DNA from: Candidatus Acidiferrales bacterium
GTDB taxonomy: Bacteria; Acidobacteriota; Terriglobia; Acidiferrales; UBA7541
Length of the DNA stretch: 64,000 nt
NCBI GenBank assembly: GCA_038238965.1
Contig: JBBSFG010000001.1
Span: 7,554-71,553 of the forward strand
Reading direction: 5' to 3'
A program made the translations under genes and the position numbers. Below are positions 54,484-62,372 of this stretch, in pieces (the stretch's first letter is position 1; every line of letters starts with the position of its first letter). A model generated the notes under the pieces. It saw nothing but the letters and a program-made list of their open reading frames with translations. It was not told where the DNA came from and searched no databases.

Positions 54484-55293
54484 ATGAAATACTTGAACCT
54501 TGGATGTGGAGCGCGATTTCATCCCGATTGGGTTAACGTCGACTTCGTTTCAAGCGACCCACGCGTACAAAGGTACGATCTGCGCAATGGCATCCCTTAT
54601 CCGGATGGCACTTTCGATGTGACGTACCACTCGCATGTCTTGGAACACTTCTCCAAAGAAGCGGCAGGCGATTTCCTTCGCGAATGCCGGCGGGTCCTAA
54701 GCCGTAACGGGATAAACCGAGTGGTGGTGCCGGACCTGGAGCGAATCGCGCGGATCTACCTGCAGGCATTGGAAGGCTGCCTGGTGGGAGATGCGGTCTG
54801 GAAAAATCGCTATGACTGGATTCTGCTGGAGATGTACGACCAGGCGGTGCGTGATGTTTCCGGGGGTGAGATGCTTGCCTATGTAAGAAAAGAGCCGATT
54901 CCCGATCGCGAATTCGTGATCGAGCGCATCGGCCGTGAATTCTTCAACATGATCGAGCCGCGCGCCCATCGGAAGAGTTTCCGGACGGGACGCGCAAAGT
55001 TAATGGTGATGCGGGACGCATTTTCGCGCAAGCTGGCGAGGCTGATATTCGGCCGCCAACGGATTCGGTCACATGATGTTGGAGTATTCCGAGAGTCCGG
55101 GGAGGTACATCGCAACATGTACGACCGGTATTCGCTTTCGCGCGCGCTCCTGGAAGCCGGCTTTGCGTCACCGAGAATCGTTGGACCGGCGGAAAGCGCG
55201 ATCGAGGGCTGGTCAGGTTTGCACCTCGACACGGAGCCCGACGGCCAGGTGTATAAGCCTGACTCTCTCTACATGGAAGCCAACCGCCCTTGA
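54484..55293 (+). CDS. class I SAM-dependent methyltransferase (Methyltransf_11-like)
   Basis: MKYLNLGCGARFHPDWVNVDF ... FDVTYHSHVLEHFSKE ... LSRNGINRVVVPD. Confidence 0.72.
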   Translation: MKYLNLGCGARFHPDWVNVDFVSSDPRVQRYDLRNGIPYPDGTFDVTYHSHVLEHFSKEAAGDFLRECRRVLSRNGINRVVVPDLERIARIYLQALEGCLVGDAVWKNRYDWILLEMYDQAVRDVSGGEMLAYVRKEPIPDREFVIERIGREFFNMIEPRAHRKSFRTGRAKLMVMRDAFSRKLARLIFGRQRIRSHDVGVFRESGEVHRNMYDRYSLSRALLEAGFASPRIVGPAESAIEGWSGLHLDTEPDGQVYKPDSLYMEANRP

Positions 55294-56555
55294 AAATTAC
55301 GCACCTTGCTGTTTGCGATGTGGCCGGAGGGGCGGCTCGAGCTGCATACCGGTTGCACAATGGGCTGTGCGGGATTGGGCAGGAGTCGCGGATGCTGGTG
55401 CAGGAGCGGCAGAGCTCCGATCCGCGGGTGATTCGATTTCAGCCGCCGGGGAACCCAATCATCAGATTGCGACGCGGGATTAAACGGCGACATCTGGCGC
55501 GAACGCAGAGAAATCTGGTGCGTCCGCAAGGCGCCTCGCTATTCAGCGACGACCGCAGCGCGAACAATGCCGATGTGCTTGGGCAAATCCCCCCAAGCGA
55601 TATATTGAATCTGCATTGGGTGGCGGGATTTATCGATTACCGGGAATTTTTCCGCAAGGTTCCGGGTCGGCAGCGAATGGTATGGACGCTGCACGACATG
55701 AATCCATTTACGGGCGGTTGTCATTTCGACGACGGTTGTGGCAAATTCACAGAAGCGTGCGGCGCGTGTCCTCAATTATCTTCATACGATACGGAGGATC
55801 TGTCAGCCCAGATATGGTCGCGCAAGCAAAAGGCGTTTTCTTCCCTAAATATAGATGGAATTCATCTGGTGGCGCCGAGCCGGTGGATGCAGGAGGAAGT
55901 CAAGAAAAGCACGCTGTTGTCCGGATTCCGATGCTCGGCAATTCCATATGGCCTTGACTCCGACCAGTTCCAACCTCGCGATCAAGCCGCGGCGCGAAAA
56001 CTACTGGGGATTCCGGCGGCTAGCTCGGTGATACTGTTTCTGGCGGACTGGGCGGGCGAGAAACGAAAAGGATTCGACTTATTGTTGGAAGCGCTCAAAC
56101 CATTCAGGAATGACCGTCGCGTTTATTTGCTTGCAGCGGGAAGAGAATTGCCCATCCACGACCTGGGAGCGCAATTCATTACGACCGGTTATGTGACCGA
56201 CGAACAACAATTATCCTGGGTGTACAGCGCCGCTGATGTTTTTGCGCTGCCTTCACTGCAAGACAATTTTCCGAACACTGCGTTGGAAGCAATGGCGTGC
56301 GGCACGCCCGTGGTGGGATCAGCAGTGGGAGGAATACCGGAAATTGTGCGGGAAGGTGAAACGGGGTATCTGGTTCCCGCGAATGACGTGGTCGCGTTGA
56401 GGGCGGCGATCACTTCCATGCTGGAGAATAAGGATGCACACGCGCGAATGTCGGAGGCTTGCAGGCGAGAGGTAGTAGCGAATTATGGATTGGATGTTCA
56501 GGCGCGGCGCTATTTGGAGTTGTATACGGAGTTGGTGCAGAGGAATCAAGATTAA
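55290..56555 (+). CDS. GT4-family (GT-B) glycosyltransferase
   Basis: ...DVFALPSLQDNFPNTALEAMACGTPVVGSAVGGIPEIVREGETGYLV... The TTG start overlaps the previous stop as TTGA. Confidence 0.85.
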   Translation: MKITHLAVCDVAGGAARAAYRLHNGLCGIGQESRMLVQERQSSDPRVIRFQPPGNPIIRLRRGIKRRHLARTQRNLVRPQGASLFSDDRSANNADVLGQIPPSDILNLHWVAGFIDYREFFRKVPGRQRMVWTLHDMNPFTGGCHFDDGCGKFTEACGACPQLSSYDTEDLSAQIWSRKQKAFSSLNIDGIHLVAPSRWMQEEVKKSTLLSGFRCSAIPYGLDSDQFQPRDQAAARKLLGIPAASSVILFLADWAGEKRKGFDLLLEALKPFRNDRRVYLLAAGRELPIHDLGAQFITTGYVTDEQQLSWVYSAADVFALPSLQDNFPNTALEAMACGTPVVGSAVGGIPEIVREGETGYLVPANDVVALRAAITSMLENKDAHARMSEACRREVVANYGLDVQARRYLELYTELVQRNQD

Positions 56556-56702
56556 GCTATGTGCATCGGGCGGCCTTAGTGAAGGCAGTAGACGATCAAT
56601 ACCAAAATCCCGTTGCAGTGAGAAATGGCGATCACTAGTGACGCTTGCACCCGCAAGCGCTTGGCTGAGCAAGAGGGGTATGGTCTGCTATATACGAGGA
56701 TA

Positions 56703-57644
56703 ATGAGGGCGAGAATGTTGCGATGGCATAGGAAGGCTCTGGTGGGGCGAGCCGATCGGGGGAATTGGGCGTTGGCGCTGGTGTTAGCCGGCTGCTTCCT
56801 GGGCGTCGCGAATATCGGGAGTGCAAAGGAAAGCGGAGCGAGAAATTTGGAACGAAGGCAAGAGCAGGAAAGCCAGGGAGTGATCCGGTTCATACAGGAG
56901 CCGGATGCAGCGCCGGAGCTTTCGGTGAAGGGGATGGACGGGAAGGACGTGAGCCTGACGGCGATGCGAGGGAAAGTCGTGTTGTTAAACTTTTGGGCCA
57001 CGTGGTGCGGGCCGTGCCGCATGGAAGTCCCGGACCTGGTGGAGCTTCAGAAGAAATATCCGGAGCGGCTGCAAGTGATCGGGGTGGTAGTCGATGACGA
57101 GGATCAAGAAGCGGTGCGGAGTTTCGCGAAGCGCTATTCGATGAACTACCCGATTGCGATGGCGACGAATGAAATGCGCTTCAGGTTTGGTGGCGTTCCG
57201 GCGCTGCCGACGACTTTTGTTATCGATACCCAGGGCCGGGTGGTACAGAAACATGTCGGGCTGCTTGATCCCATGCTTTACGAGACGGAGGTTCGCGCGT
57301 TGCTGGGTTTGCCGATCGACGCGCGGGTGGAGACTTTTCAGGATACGGGCGAAGTTTTTCTGGCGCATGCGAACCGCGCCAGCGAGCTGCCCGGCGTGGA
57401 CCTGAGTGGCCTTATTCTAGAGAAGAAAAACGCGGCGCTGCACCGCATGAATGAGGAAACGTGCACGTGCGGATGCAAGTACACGCTGGCGCAATGCCGG
57501 ATTTATGACTCCGCCTGCCACGTAAGCAGAGAGCGCACGGCTAACATCGTGGCGGAGACAGCCGCTGGTACTGCGCCGTCGTCCGCGCCAAAGGAAAATG
57601 CCGTACCCGCTCAAGCAGCTTCGCCTGCCGCTCGACCCCAGTAA
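56703..57644 (+). CDS. TlpA/ResA-like thiol:disulfide oxidoreductase lipoprotein with a C-terminal Cys-rich domain
   Basis: It has a lipobox LVLAGC and the thioredoxin motif VVLLNFWATWCGPCRMEVP. The C-terminal extension is ...EETCTCGCKYTLAQCRIYDSACHVS... The start is uncertain, since the track ORF begins at 56625. Confidence 0.8.
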   Translation: MRARMLRWHRKALVGRADRGNWALALVLAGCFLGVANIGSAKESGARNLERRQEQESQGVIRFIQEPDAAPELSVKGMDGKDVSLTAMRGKVVLLNFWATWCGPCRMEVPDLVELQKKYPERLQVIGVVVDDEDQEAVRSFAKRYSMNYPIAMATNEMRFRFGGVPALPTTFVIDTQGRVVQKHVGLLDPMLYETEVRALLGLPIDARVETFQDTGEVFLAHANRASELPGVDLSGLILEKKNAALHRMNEETCTCGCKYTLAQCRIYDSACHVSRERTANIVAETAAGTAPSSAPKENAVPAQAASPAARPQ

Positions 57645-58574
57645 ATGGCTCTGGCCGCCAAGATTGTTTTTATTGCAGCACTGCTGCTGTGCTTGAGCGG
57701 ATGGATTTCGCCGCCGGTAGCATTGACGGCAGGAATTATTTTTGGGCTGAGCGTGCGCCATCCCTACGCGGATCAGAGCCGCCGCGTGGCGAAGGTTTTG
57801 CTGCAGGCGTCAGTGGTTGCGCTGGGCTTTGGGATGAATCTGCACGAGGTGTTGAAAGCCGGCCGCAGCGGCTTCGTCTACACCGCGCTGGGAATTCTCT
57901 TTACGTTGGCCGCGGGCATGGCGCTGGGCAAGATTCTGCGAATCAGCGGAAATGCTTCGTACCTAATCACAGCGGGGACGGCCATTTGCGGCGGGAGCGC
58001 CATCGCGGCTATCGGGCCGATATTACACGCGGATGACGAGGAAATGGCGGTTTCCCTCGGCACCATTTTTATTTTGAACTCGATCGCATTGCTTACATTT
58101 CCCGCCATAGGGAACGCGCTGCACCTGGCGCAATCACAATTTGGACTATGGGCGGCGCTGGCAATCCACGACACCAGCTCGGTGGTGGGAGCGGCGGCCA
58201 AGTATGGAAAGGAAGCGCTGGTGATAGGGACGACAGTGAAACTGGCGCGCGCCCTGTGGATTGTGCCGCTGGCGCTGGGGACCGCGGCGGTGAAGCGCAG
58301 CAAGACCAAAGTGCCCTGGCCGTGGTTCATTTTGTTTTTCTGCCTGGCCGCGGTGGCTAACACTTACGTTGAGGCGCTGGCACATTTCGACGGCTGGGCG
58401 TCCAGTGCCGGGCGACTGGGGCTTACGGCGACGCTTTTTCTGATCGGCAGCGGTATTTCGGTTGCCACGGTGAAGGGCGTGGGTTGGAGACCGCTTTTGC
58501 AGGGCGTGGTGTTGTGGATACTGGTCGCATCGACGACCCTGTACCTGATTTGCGTGCGAATCATTTCGTATTGA
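57645..58574 (+). CDS. YeiH/UPF0324-family membrane protein (putative sulfate-exporter family)
   Basis: 309 aa and polytopic: ...LLQASVVALGFGMNL...LITAGTAICGGSAIAAIGP... The ATG directly abuts the TlpA-like stop (TAAATG). Confidence 0.82.
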   Translation: MALAAKIVFIAALLLCLSGWISPPVALTAGIIFGLSVRHPYADQSRRVAKVLLQASVVALGFGMNLHEVLKAGRSGFVYTALGILFTLAAGMALGKILRISGNASYLITAGTAICGGSAIAAIGPILHADDEEMAVSLGTIFILNSIALLTFPAIGNALHLAQSQFGLWAALAIHDTSSVVGAAAKYGKEALVIGTTVKLARALWIVPLALGTAAVKRSKTKVPWPWFILFFCLAAVANTYVEALAHFDGWASSAGRLGLTATLFLIGSGISVATVKGVGWRPLLQGVVLWILVASTTLYLICVRIISY

Positions 58575-58704
58575 TGGGGAAACGATTGTCGCGATTACGA
58601 GCAGGTTAGTACCGGCGAGGCTTGCGACATGGAATCGCGGAGACTACACTCTGACGTTTGAATCGTTCACGCTGGCGAATCTCGATTTTTACATGGAGGG
58701 ATTT

Positions 58705-59175
58705 ATGAATCGACGTGTACTGTTTTTCGTGGTGGCACTGGTGGCGAGCGGATTTTTCGTGGCGCACGGAGCCTTTTCCCAAGCTCCGCCACAGGTGACG
58801 CGGCGGGCCATCAATCTCGCCGACGACAATCCGAAGCTGCCTTTCAGCGGGGGGATTTTAGCGGGGAATACGCTTTACCTTTCAGGACGCATCGGTATCG
58901 ATTCCAAAACAGGAAAAGCACCGGCAGAGATCGATGGAGAGATTCGACTATTGCTGGATCATGTCAAGGCCACGCTTACGGAGGCAGGATTTACGATGGA
59001 TGATCTGGTGTATGTGCAAGTGGCATGCACTGACCTAGGCTTGTATGACAAGTTTAACGCCGCTTACCGCAGCTATTTCAGCGGGAAGGATTTCCCAGCA
59101 CGTGAGTTTATCGGGGTGGCGTCGCTGCTGAGGGGCGGACATTTTGAGCTGCAGGCGATAGGGGTAAAAAAATAA
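58705..59175 (+). CDS. RidA/YjgF-family protein with a signal peptide
   Basis: MNRRVLFFVVALVASGFFVAHGAFSQ..., then ...GNTLYLSGRIGID...DDLVYVQVACTDLGLYDKFNAAYRSYF...PAREFIGVASLLRGGHFELQAI. The ATG 58705 follows GGAGGG. Confidence 0.82.
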   Translation: MNRRVLFFVVALVASGFFVAHGAFSQAPPQVTRRAINLADDNPKLPFSGGILAGNTLYLSGRIGIDSKTGKAPAEIDGEIRLLLDHVKATLTEAGFTMDDLVYVQVACTDLGLYDKFNAAYRSYFSGKDFPAREFIGVASLLRGGHFELQAIGVKK

Positions 59176-59237
59176 CCTGCCTGCTTGCCCATATGACGTC
59201 ACGTTGTTAGCCAATTAGTGGGCTTACGACCTCTTAT

Positions 59238-59252
59238 TGGCACATCATCCGC
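59238..59252 (+). promoter_or_regulatory. candidate sigma54 -24/-12 element (TGGCAC-N5-CCGC)
   Basis: tTGGCACatcatCCGCg. There is a perfect TGGCAC, and the GC is in the correct register (G59239 to G59251 = 12 nt). The -12 flank is poor (CC instead of TT). It lies 113 nt upstream of the first ATG of the TolC ORF. Confidence 0.25.
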
Positions 59253-59266
59253 GGCAGTCTGTGCGC

Positions 59267-59280
59267 AGTTAGTACTAACT
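59267..59280. promoter_or_regulatory. perfect 14-bp palindrome AGTTAGTACTAACT (candidate operator upstream of the efflux operon)
   Basis: The sequence is self-complementary over all 14 nt and lies 86 nt upstream of ATG 59366. An 8-bp palindrome TGACGTCA lies at 59194-59201. Confidence 0.4.
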
Positions 59281-59365
59281 CCTTTTAAAACATAGCAATG
59301 CGGTTAGCGTTTTTTTAGTCTGAAGTGGTGCGCGCCCTGCAATTTCTTCCGGGGCAAACACCGCG

Positions 59366-61036
59366 ATGCTACGAATAACAATTGAACAGAGTACCGGGAA
59401 AATCAACCTCACGATTGAGGGGAAGCTTGCTGGTCCGTGGGTGGGAGCTCTGGAGCAGAGCTGGACAGACCTGCGAAGAAACTCCGCAGACCAGAGTCTA
59501 AGCGTGAACCTGTGCGGCGTCAGCTTTATCGACGCGGCGGGCAAAGCGTTACTGAAGGCCATTCACAGCGAGGGTGGCAAGCTGGTAGCCGAGGGATGTC
59601 TGAACCAGGCTATTGTGCGTGAAATAACCGCGGAAGAAAACGCGACCGCAGACAAAAACCAGACCAGGAATTCGAAGCGTACGCCAATCATTTTTTATGT
59701 TTTATTGTTCGGGTTCACGGCCGCCGGTGTAAATCAGCTTCGAGCCCAAACGACGGATAGTCGCGCGCTTCCTGCAAATCCTCCAACACAGGTCCTGCGG
59801 CTGACTCTTGACCAAGCAGTTGGCTTGGCATTGAAGCAAAACACGACGGCGCAGATTGCGGTGATTCAAGCTGCGGAAGCCGTCCAAGACAAGAACGTGG
59901 CTCGAGCCGCATTGCTGCCTCAGGCCAATCTGGACGCCAGCGACTCGATACGGCGCACGAACCTCGAAGCCAATTTGGGCGTTCGAATCCCAGGATTTCC
60001 TCAGCACGTGGGACCGCTCCAGGTATTTCAGGCGGGCCCTTCGTTTTCGGCGCCGATTTTTGATTTGACGTTGTGGCGCCGCTATCAGGCGCAACGGTCG
60101 ATTGCCAACGCGGCGAAAGCGACAAGCCTTTCGACGCGGGAGCAGGTGATTCTGCTGGTGGTGTCGCAATACATCGGAACGCTCCGTGCTGTGGCTACGG
60201 TGCAAGCGGCGGGTTCTCGAGTGGACCTGGCGCAAGCGCTTTATAACCAAGCGACGGATTTGCAGAAAGAAGGGGTAGGCACGGGAATCGACACGCTGCG
60301 GTCCAATGTGGAACTGCAAAACGAGAAGCAAAGACTGCTGGAAGCGGAAGCGGAACGCGACACTTCGCTGTTTGCGTTGAGCCGACTTTTGAATCTTGCT
60401 CCCAGACAGGCGATTGAACTGGGCGACTCGCTGAGCTATTTCGAAACACCGCAGCCCGAAGTGGAACAAAGCATTGACGAAGCGCTGTCGGAGCGCCAAG
60501 AGTGGAAGGCGCTAAACGACCAGATTAAGGCCGCCGAATCGCAGAAGAAGCAGGCGTGGGACACACGGCTGCCAGCGTTGCACGTGGACGGCGAATGGGC
60601 CTATCAGGGAACGCGGCTGAACAACGGGATTCCAACCTACAACTACGAAGTAGCGCTGAGCATGCCGCTGTTTACTGGCGGACGCATCCGGGCGGAGACG
60701 GTCAGGGCGGAGCTGGAAATACGCAGACTGCAGGAGCAGCAAGCGGACTTGCGGAATGAGATCGGGTTGGACGTAAAGAACGCGCTGATCAATCTGACGT
60801 CGGCGCGCAACCAGGTGCAGGTGGCGAATCTGGGCGTGAAGTTGTCCAGAGAGGAAGTGGATCAGGCGCGAGACCGCTTCCGCGCGGGAGTGGCCAACAA
60901 TATTGAAGTAATTCAGGCGCAGGATTCGCTGGCGCGCGCGAACGACAACCAGATCGCGGCGCTTTACCGGTTTAACCAGGCGAGAGCGGATCTGGCGCGA
61001 TCCGTGGGACAGATGGAGCGGGTGTACGCGAAGTAA
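59366..61036 (+). CDS. TolC-family outer-membrane efflux protein; the ORF carries an in-frame N-terminal STAS-like segment (true start uncertain, possibly GTG 59615)
   Basis: Residues 130-556 are TolC/OEP-like (LTLDQAVGLALKQNTTAQIA..., two repeat halves, ...LYRFNQARADLARSVG). Residues 108-127 form a signal-like hydrophobic stretch (TPIIFYVLLFGFTAAGVNQLRAQ). Residues 1-87 resemble a STAS domain. Confidence 0.8.
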   Translation: MLRITIEQSTGKINLTIEGKLAGPWVGALEQSWTDLRRNSADQSLSVNLCGVSFIDAAGKALLKAIHSEGGKLVAEGCLNQAIVREITAEENATADKNQTRNSKRTPIIFYVLLFGFTAAGVNQLRAQTTDSRALPANPPTQVLRLTLDQAVGLALKQNTTAQIAVIQAAEAVQDKNVARAALLPQANLDASDSIRRTNLEANLGVRIPGFPQHVGPLQVFQAGPSFSAPIFDLTLWRRYQAQRSIANAAKATSLSTREQVILLVVSQYIGTLRAVATVQAAGSRVDLAQALYNQATDLQKEGVGTGIDTLRSNVELQNEKQRLLEAEAERDTSLFALSRLLNLAPRQAIELGDSLSYFETPQPEVEQSIDEALSERQEWKALNDQIKAAESQKKQAWDTRLPALHVDGEWAYQGTRLNNGIPTYNYEVALSMPLFTGGRIRAETVRAELEIRRLQEQQADLRNEIGLDVKNALINLTSARNQVQVANLGVKLSREEVDQARDRFRAGVANNIEVIQAQDSLARANDNQIAALYRFNQARADLARSVGQMERVYAK

Positions 61037-61052
61037 GGACGGATGAAGACCG

Positions 61053-62354
61053 ATGAGCATTGAAATCGAAGTCGGGCTAGAGAACGCAGCGAGAGTTCCG
61101 AGAGCGAAGGTGGAGGATCTTCCGCTCGCGGAAGATCCAAAAGGACTCAAAAATCCAAAGGTGCAGCGGTTGCTGATGTTGGGCGGAGCTGTGGTGCTGG
61201 CGGTAGTGGTCGGGCTGTTCCTCTATTACCGCAATCGCGAGTCGACGGACGACGCGCAGGTGGACGGGCACATCACTCCGATCGCGGCGAAGATTTCCGG
61301 CCGCATCGCGGAAGTGGTGGTGCGTGACAATGAGCCGGTGAAGGCCGGCCAGGTATTGGTGAAGATCGATCCGCGCGATTATCAGGCAGCGTTGGATAAC
61401 GCCGAAGCGGCGCTGGCGCTTGCAGAAAGCGAAGCGCAGTCGGCTAAGGTGGACGTTCCGCGCACGCGAGAAAACGTGGCGAGTGGAACTTCCAACGCGG
61501 GCGCGGGATTGCTGGGCGCGGAAGCGGACTTGGCGCAAGCGCAAGCGGCATATTCGCAAGCGCAAAATTCGGACTTGGCCTTCGCGCAGGCCAATGTGGA
61601 AAAAGCCCGCGCCAACGCGCAACTGGCGCAAGCCGACCTGGAACGCTACCGGCCGCTGATGGACAAAGGAGAAATTTCGAAGCAGCAGTTCGACGCCGCG
61701 AAAGCCAACGCGGAAGCGTCGGCCAGCGTGCTGAAAGCGGAGCAGGAAAAAATCGCACAAGCGCAAAGCAATATTGAAATCGCCAAAGCCCAATTGAACG
61801 CTGCGAAAGCGCGAGTGGAGCAGGCGCGCGCGGGAGTTTCTTCGGCGCGCGCGGACATCCAGCAAGTGAACATGCGGACCGCGGATGTGCAGGGAAAACT
61901 GGCGAAGGTTGACCAGGCACGCGCCATGGTAGAAGCGGCGCAGCTGAATTTGAGCTACACGCAGGTCGTAGCGCCGCGGGATGGAGTGGTGACACACAAG
62001 CAGGTGGAGCCGGGACAGATCGCGCAGGCCGGACAGGGATTGTTAGTAGTTGTTCCACTGCAGGACGTGTGGGTTACGGCCAACTTCAAAGAGACGCAAT
62101 TGAAAAAGATGCACGCGGGACAAAAAGCGGAAGTAAAGGTGGACACCTACGGGAAAACGTTCAGCGGGCATGTAGACTCCATCGCCGGAGCGACTGGCGC
62201 GGTGCTGAGTTTGCTGCCGCCGGAGAATGCTACGGGCAACTACGTAAAAGTGGTGCAGCGCATTCCTGTGAAAGTGATCGTGGATCCGATTCCGGAACAG
62301 AAAGCGATTTTACGGCCGGGAATGAATGTGGATGTAACGGTAATTACCGATTAG
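61053..62354 (+). CDS. emrA: HlyD/EmrA-family membrane fusion protein
   Basis: 433 aa with a single TM (LLMLGGAVVLAVVVGLFLYY), a lipoyl-like motif (...IAAKISGRIAEVVVRDNEPVKAGQVLVKIDPRDY...), long Ala/Gln coiled coils, and ...YTQVVAPRDGVVT... Confidence 0.88.
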   Translation: MSIEIEVGLENAARVPRAKVEDLPLAEDPKGLKNPKVQRLLMLGGAVVLAVVVGLFLYYRNRESTDDAQVDGHITPIAAKISGRIAEVVVRDNEPVKAGQVLVKIDPRDYQAALDNAEAALALAESEAQSAKVDVPRTRENVASGTSNAGAGLLGAEADLAQAQAAYSQAQNSDLAFAQANVEKARANAQLAQADLERYRPLMDKGEISKQQFDAAKANAEASASVLKAEQEKIAQAQSNIEIAKAQLNAAKARVEQARAGVSSARADIQQVNMRTADVQGKLAKVDQARAMVEAAQLNLSYTQVVAPRDGVVTHKQVEPGQIAQAGQGLLVVVPLQDVWVTANFKETQLKKMHAGQKAEVKVDTYGKTFSGHVDSIAGATGAVLSLLPPENATGNYVKVVQRIPVKVIVDPIPEQKAILRPGMNVDVTVITD

Positions 62355-62372
62355 CGATTCGGGACTGGTTCC

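Noticed and set aside
59275-59562. A 95-aa minus-strand ORF overlapping the efflux-operon promoter region and the STAS-like segment.
   Set aside because: It has no recognisable motifs or RBS and overlaps a frame with clear STAS/TolC similarity on the other strand.
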